Origin: a virus
IMG/VR virus record: IMGVR_UViG_3300045988_056175
Strand: one strand, 5' to 3'
Length of the DNA stretch: 43,335 nt
Made by a program: the position numbers and the translations under genes. Positions within the stretch are counted from its first letter, which is position 1. Every line of letters begins with the position of its first letter. This document shows, piece after piece, positions 41,482 through 43,335 of the stretch. The notes below the pieces were generated by a model that did not search any database, was not told the origin of the DNA, and worked only from the letters and a program-made list of their open reading frames with translations.

Positions 41482-42306
41482 TTACTTTTCCTCCTTGTTT
41501 ATTCTCAAATTGCAACAATCATCCGGGTTAAAGTTCACTTTTTCCCGGAAATACTGGTATGCTTCCGTTTCGTCCTCGCAGACGGAAAGCTGCTTGAAGC
41601 CCGTAACCCGTTTCAGGTATTCCAGCTTCTTTTCAAGCGGTAAATGCTGATAGCCGGACTGTTTTACCGTGTATTCGGAGTAATCGATTGGTAGCCACTT
41701 CTTGATCCAGTGATTCACCCGCAAGAACTCCACAAGGATTTTGTCACATTGCACCCGGTTCAGCCGGTCAAAGTCAACGTAGGCGGGAACAAACGGGGAA
41801 AGCCGCAGGGTCACGTCATATCCGGCCTTCTGCAATGTTTCAATGGCCGTGATTCGGCGTTCCGTGGGAACGGCCTTTTCACAGGGAAGCCATGTAGTGC
41901 TGATTTGGATATGGGCCAAATCCCGGTCCAGTATGTTCAGGTAATCACATACCAGGTCAGACTTGGTGACAATCAGCTGGTGAACGCCTCGCTTGTTCAG
42001 CAGCCGGATAATGCCAGCCGTCACACGGTAGTTCTTTTCCAACGGCTGGAATGGGTCTGTCATGCCGCCGATTCGCACCACATCGCCGGAGTTCAGCGTC
42101 TTTATCTTCCGGTCTATCCGGTCGATATTTGCCACAGAAGGGGCGTGTGCGTCCCACAGGCCACGAAAATCTAAAAGGGATTTCGCATAGCAGTAGGAAC
42201 AATCGTGCTGGCATCCGCAGCCATACGGGTCGAGCCGCTTGTTGTAGTGGCATTTCCCGCCTTCGTTTCCGGTGACTTCCTTGTAAAAACTCTTGTACTC
42301 TTTCAT
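41482..42306 (-). CDS. Radical SAM protein (SplB / DNA-repair-photolyase-like, COG1533-type)
   Basis: ATG at 42306 lies 8 nt after GGAGG. The motif LDPYGCGCQHDCSYCYA contains the CxxxCxxC cluster in the context typical of SPL-like enzymes. Confidence 0.8.
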   Translation of the reverse strand: MKEYKSFYKEVTGNEGGKCHYNKRLDPYGCGCQHDCSYCYAKSLLDFRGLWDAHAPSVANIDRIDRKIKTLNSGDVVRIGGMTDPFQPLEKNYRVTAGIIRLLNKRGVHQLIVTKSDLVCDYLNILDRDLAHIQISTTWLPCEKAVPTERRITAIETLQKAGYDVTLRLSPFVPAYVDFDRLNRVQCDKILVEFLRVNHWIKKWLPIDYSEYTVKQSGYQHLPLEKKLEYLKRVTGFKQLSVCEDETEAYQYFREKVNFNPDDCCNLRINKEEK

Positions 42307-42359
42307 GTGCCAAACCTCCAAAGATTTGAGATTTAGCAGATTCGGGGCTTTTGGTGGCA

Positions 42360-43055
42360 CTAGAACAGGATTTCCATGGGCTTTTCACAAATATCCACTA
42401 TGTGCTTGCACAGGGCTTCCGGGATCACGCTTCTGTCCTTGCTGCCCTTCATGCCGTACTGAGTGCCGCCCACTTCCATTTGAATGCCCTGGGCCTTCAG
42501 CTTCTTCAATGTCGCTGACCTTGGCGCTCTGTCATGGCACGGGTCACCATTTTTACAAGTCGGCTTGAACCGTGGATAAGGGTGATTTGTCCAAATATCC
42601 GTTGGTTTCATCCGGGTATCGCCATATTGGCAATATGTAACGGTGTACCGTGGAAGCCCCTGCATCCAGGTCATCTTCCGCATTCCACCACGGGGATTCT
42701 CGATGAACCAGAACTTCGGCTCCAGGTCCTGGATAAGCTGAAGCATGTGCTGATCCACCTGGTCACAGAACTTTGCGTACTCGCTGATAGGGTCAAGATT
42801 GCCGGTCACGGGGTTCTTTCGGCGGTGGTGACTGATTGCCGCCACGCTGAAGGTGGTGCAATCCGGACTTGCCCAAATCACGTCCGGTCTGCCGAACTCC
42901 TGGATAATATCGTCCGCCGTGACTGTCAGAATGTCGGCGTAAAGGTCGATATTCTCAAAGTGCTTGTCCCATTCAACGGAAAAGACCTCATGCCCATGGG
43001 CTTCAAACGCTTTGCCAATGCTACGGGTTCCGGCGAATAACTCCAAAACTTTCAT
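42360..43055 (-). CDS. Compact DNA cytosine-C5 methyltransferase-like protein (231 aa)
   Basis: The ATG at 43055 overlaps the upstream TGA (ATGA) and lies 9 nt after GGAGGA. Motif I is ELFAGTRSIG, motif IV variant is SPDCTTFS, motif VI is FIENPRGG, and there is a later QYGDTRMKPT. Confidence 0.7.
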   Translation of the reverse strand: MKVLELFAGTRSIGKAFEAHGHEVFSVEWDKHFENIDLYADILTVTADDIIQEFGRPDVIWASPDCTTFSVAAISHHRRKNPVTGNLDPISEYAKFCDQVDQHMLQLIQDLEPKFWFIENPRGGMRKMTWMQGLPRYTVTYCQYGDTRMKPTDIWTNHPYPRFKPTCKNGDPCHDRAPRSATLKKLKAQGIQMEVGGTQYGMKGSKDRSVIPEALCKHIVDICEKPMEILF

Positions 43056-43243
43056 GGCATGAAATCCTCCGTTTGCTTCCGGTACAGATTGGCGGCGCAT
43101 TCCGGACAGAGCAGCTTTCCGTCAATCTCCCAGGTGTAGTCATCCTGGATATACTCCCCGCAGTGTTCGCACTGGGGCCGCTTTTCCAGGGCCGCTTCCA
43201 TTTCCTGCTCATGCCGCAGCCACACGGAGTAGTTATCTTCCAT
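43052..43243 (-). CDS. Zinc-ribbon small protein (63 aa)
   Basis: ATG at 43243 lies 9 nt after GGAGG. It has two CxxC pairs (CEHC...CPEC). The N-terminal codons lie in the terminal repeat. Confidence 0.6.
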   Translation of the reverse strand: MEDNYSVWLRHEQEMEAALEKRPQCEHCGEYIQDDYTWEIDGKLLCPECAANLYRKQTEDFMP

Positions 43244-43335
43244 CGGTTGCGCCCTCCTCATAGGCGGTATGAGCGGCTACCCATTTCTGGTTCAGAAGCT
43301 GCTTCTGCTGCTTGATTTGGCGGTTCAGGTCCTCG
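43217..43335. repeat. Terminal direct repeat, copy 2 (identical to 1-119)
   Basis: See copy 1. Confidence 0.95.

Noticed and set aside
1-43335. tRNA, rRNA, CRISPR array or transposase/IS elements
   Set aside because: Intergenic regions are short and were read individually. None shows a cloverleaf-like arrangement, regularly spaced repeat-spacer units or transposase ORFs. The only recombinase is the serine integrase.

Overview
The window is a complete temperate siphovirus-type phage genome. The first 119 nt (1-119) are identical to the last 119 nt (43217-43335), so the unique length is 43,216 bp and the contig is circularly closed or terminally redundant. Strong AGGAGG-type ribosome-binding sites, a GH25/LysM/Cpl-7-like endolysin and a large serine integrase point to a Gram-positive (Bacillota) host; that host call is inference. 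Nearly all genes lie on the minus strand. A plus-strand lysogeny and accessory block spans 1.9-6.7 kb: a CI-like XRE repressor, a membrane-anchored XRE protein, the serine integrase with a candidate attP, two self-contained accessory gene units and an RHH regulator. A consensus early promoter near 1800 drives a long minus-strand early operon that wraps through the coordinate origin and ends at 34.5 kb. That operon holds four small ORFs, a Cro/Aca-like HTH, a zinc-ribbon protein, a C5-methyltransferase, a radical SAM protein, Gp157, a Sak4-like ATPase, a DUF669/SSB-like protein, RusA, a replisome organizer, Cys-rich proteins and a RinA/DUF1492-like late regulator. The late operon (34.4 to 6.8 kb) encodes a DNA methyltransferase, TerS, a small HExxH protein, TerL, a four-gene insert, the portal, a gp7-like head protein fused to an ADP-ribosyltransferase domain, an insulated holin unit, scaffold, capsid, connectors, the major tail protein and G/GT chaperones with a canonical -1 slippery site. 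It then carries two tape-measure genes and two complete but diverged Dit-Tal-RBP tail-tip cassettes, with the endolysin between them. The duplicated tail-tip system is the most unusual feature. The virion-associated ART with its translationally coupled partner is second, and the early radical-SAM/methyltransferase pair third. No tRNA, rRNA, CRISPR array or reverse transcriptase was seen. All family assignments come from motif recognition by eye; no database search was run.
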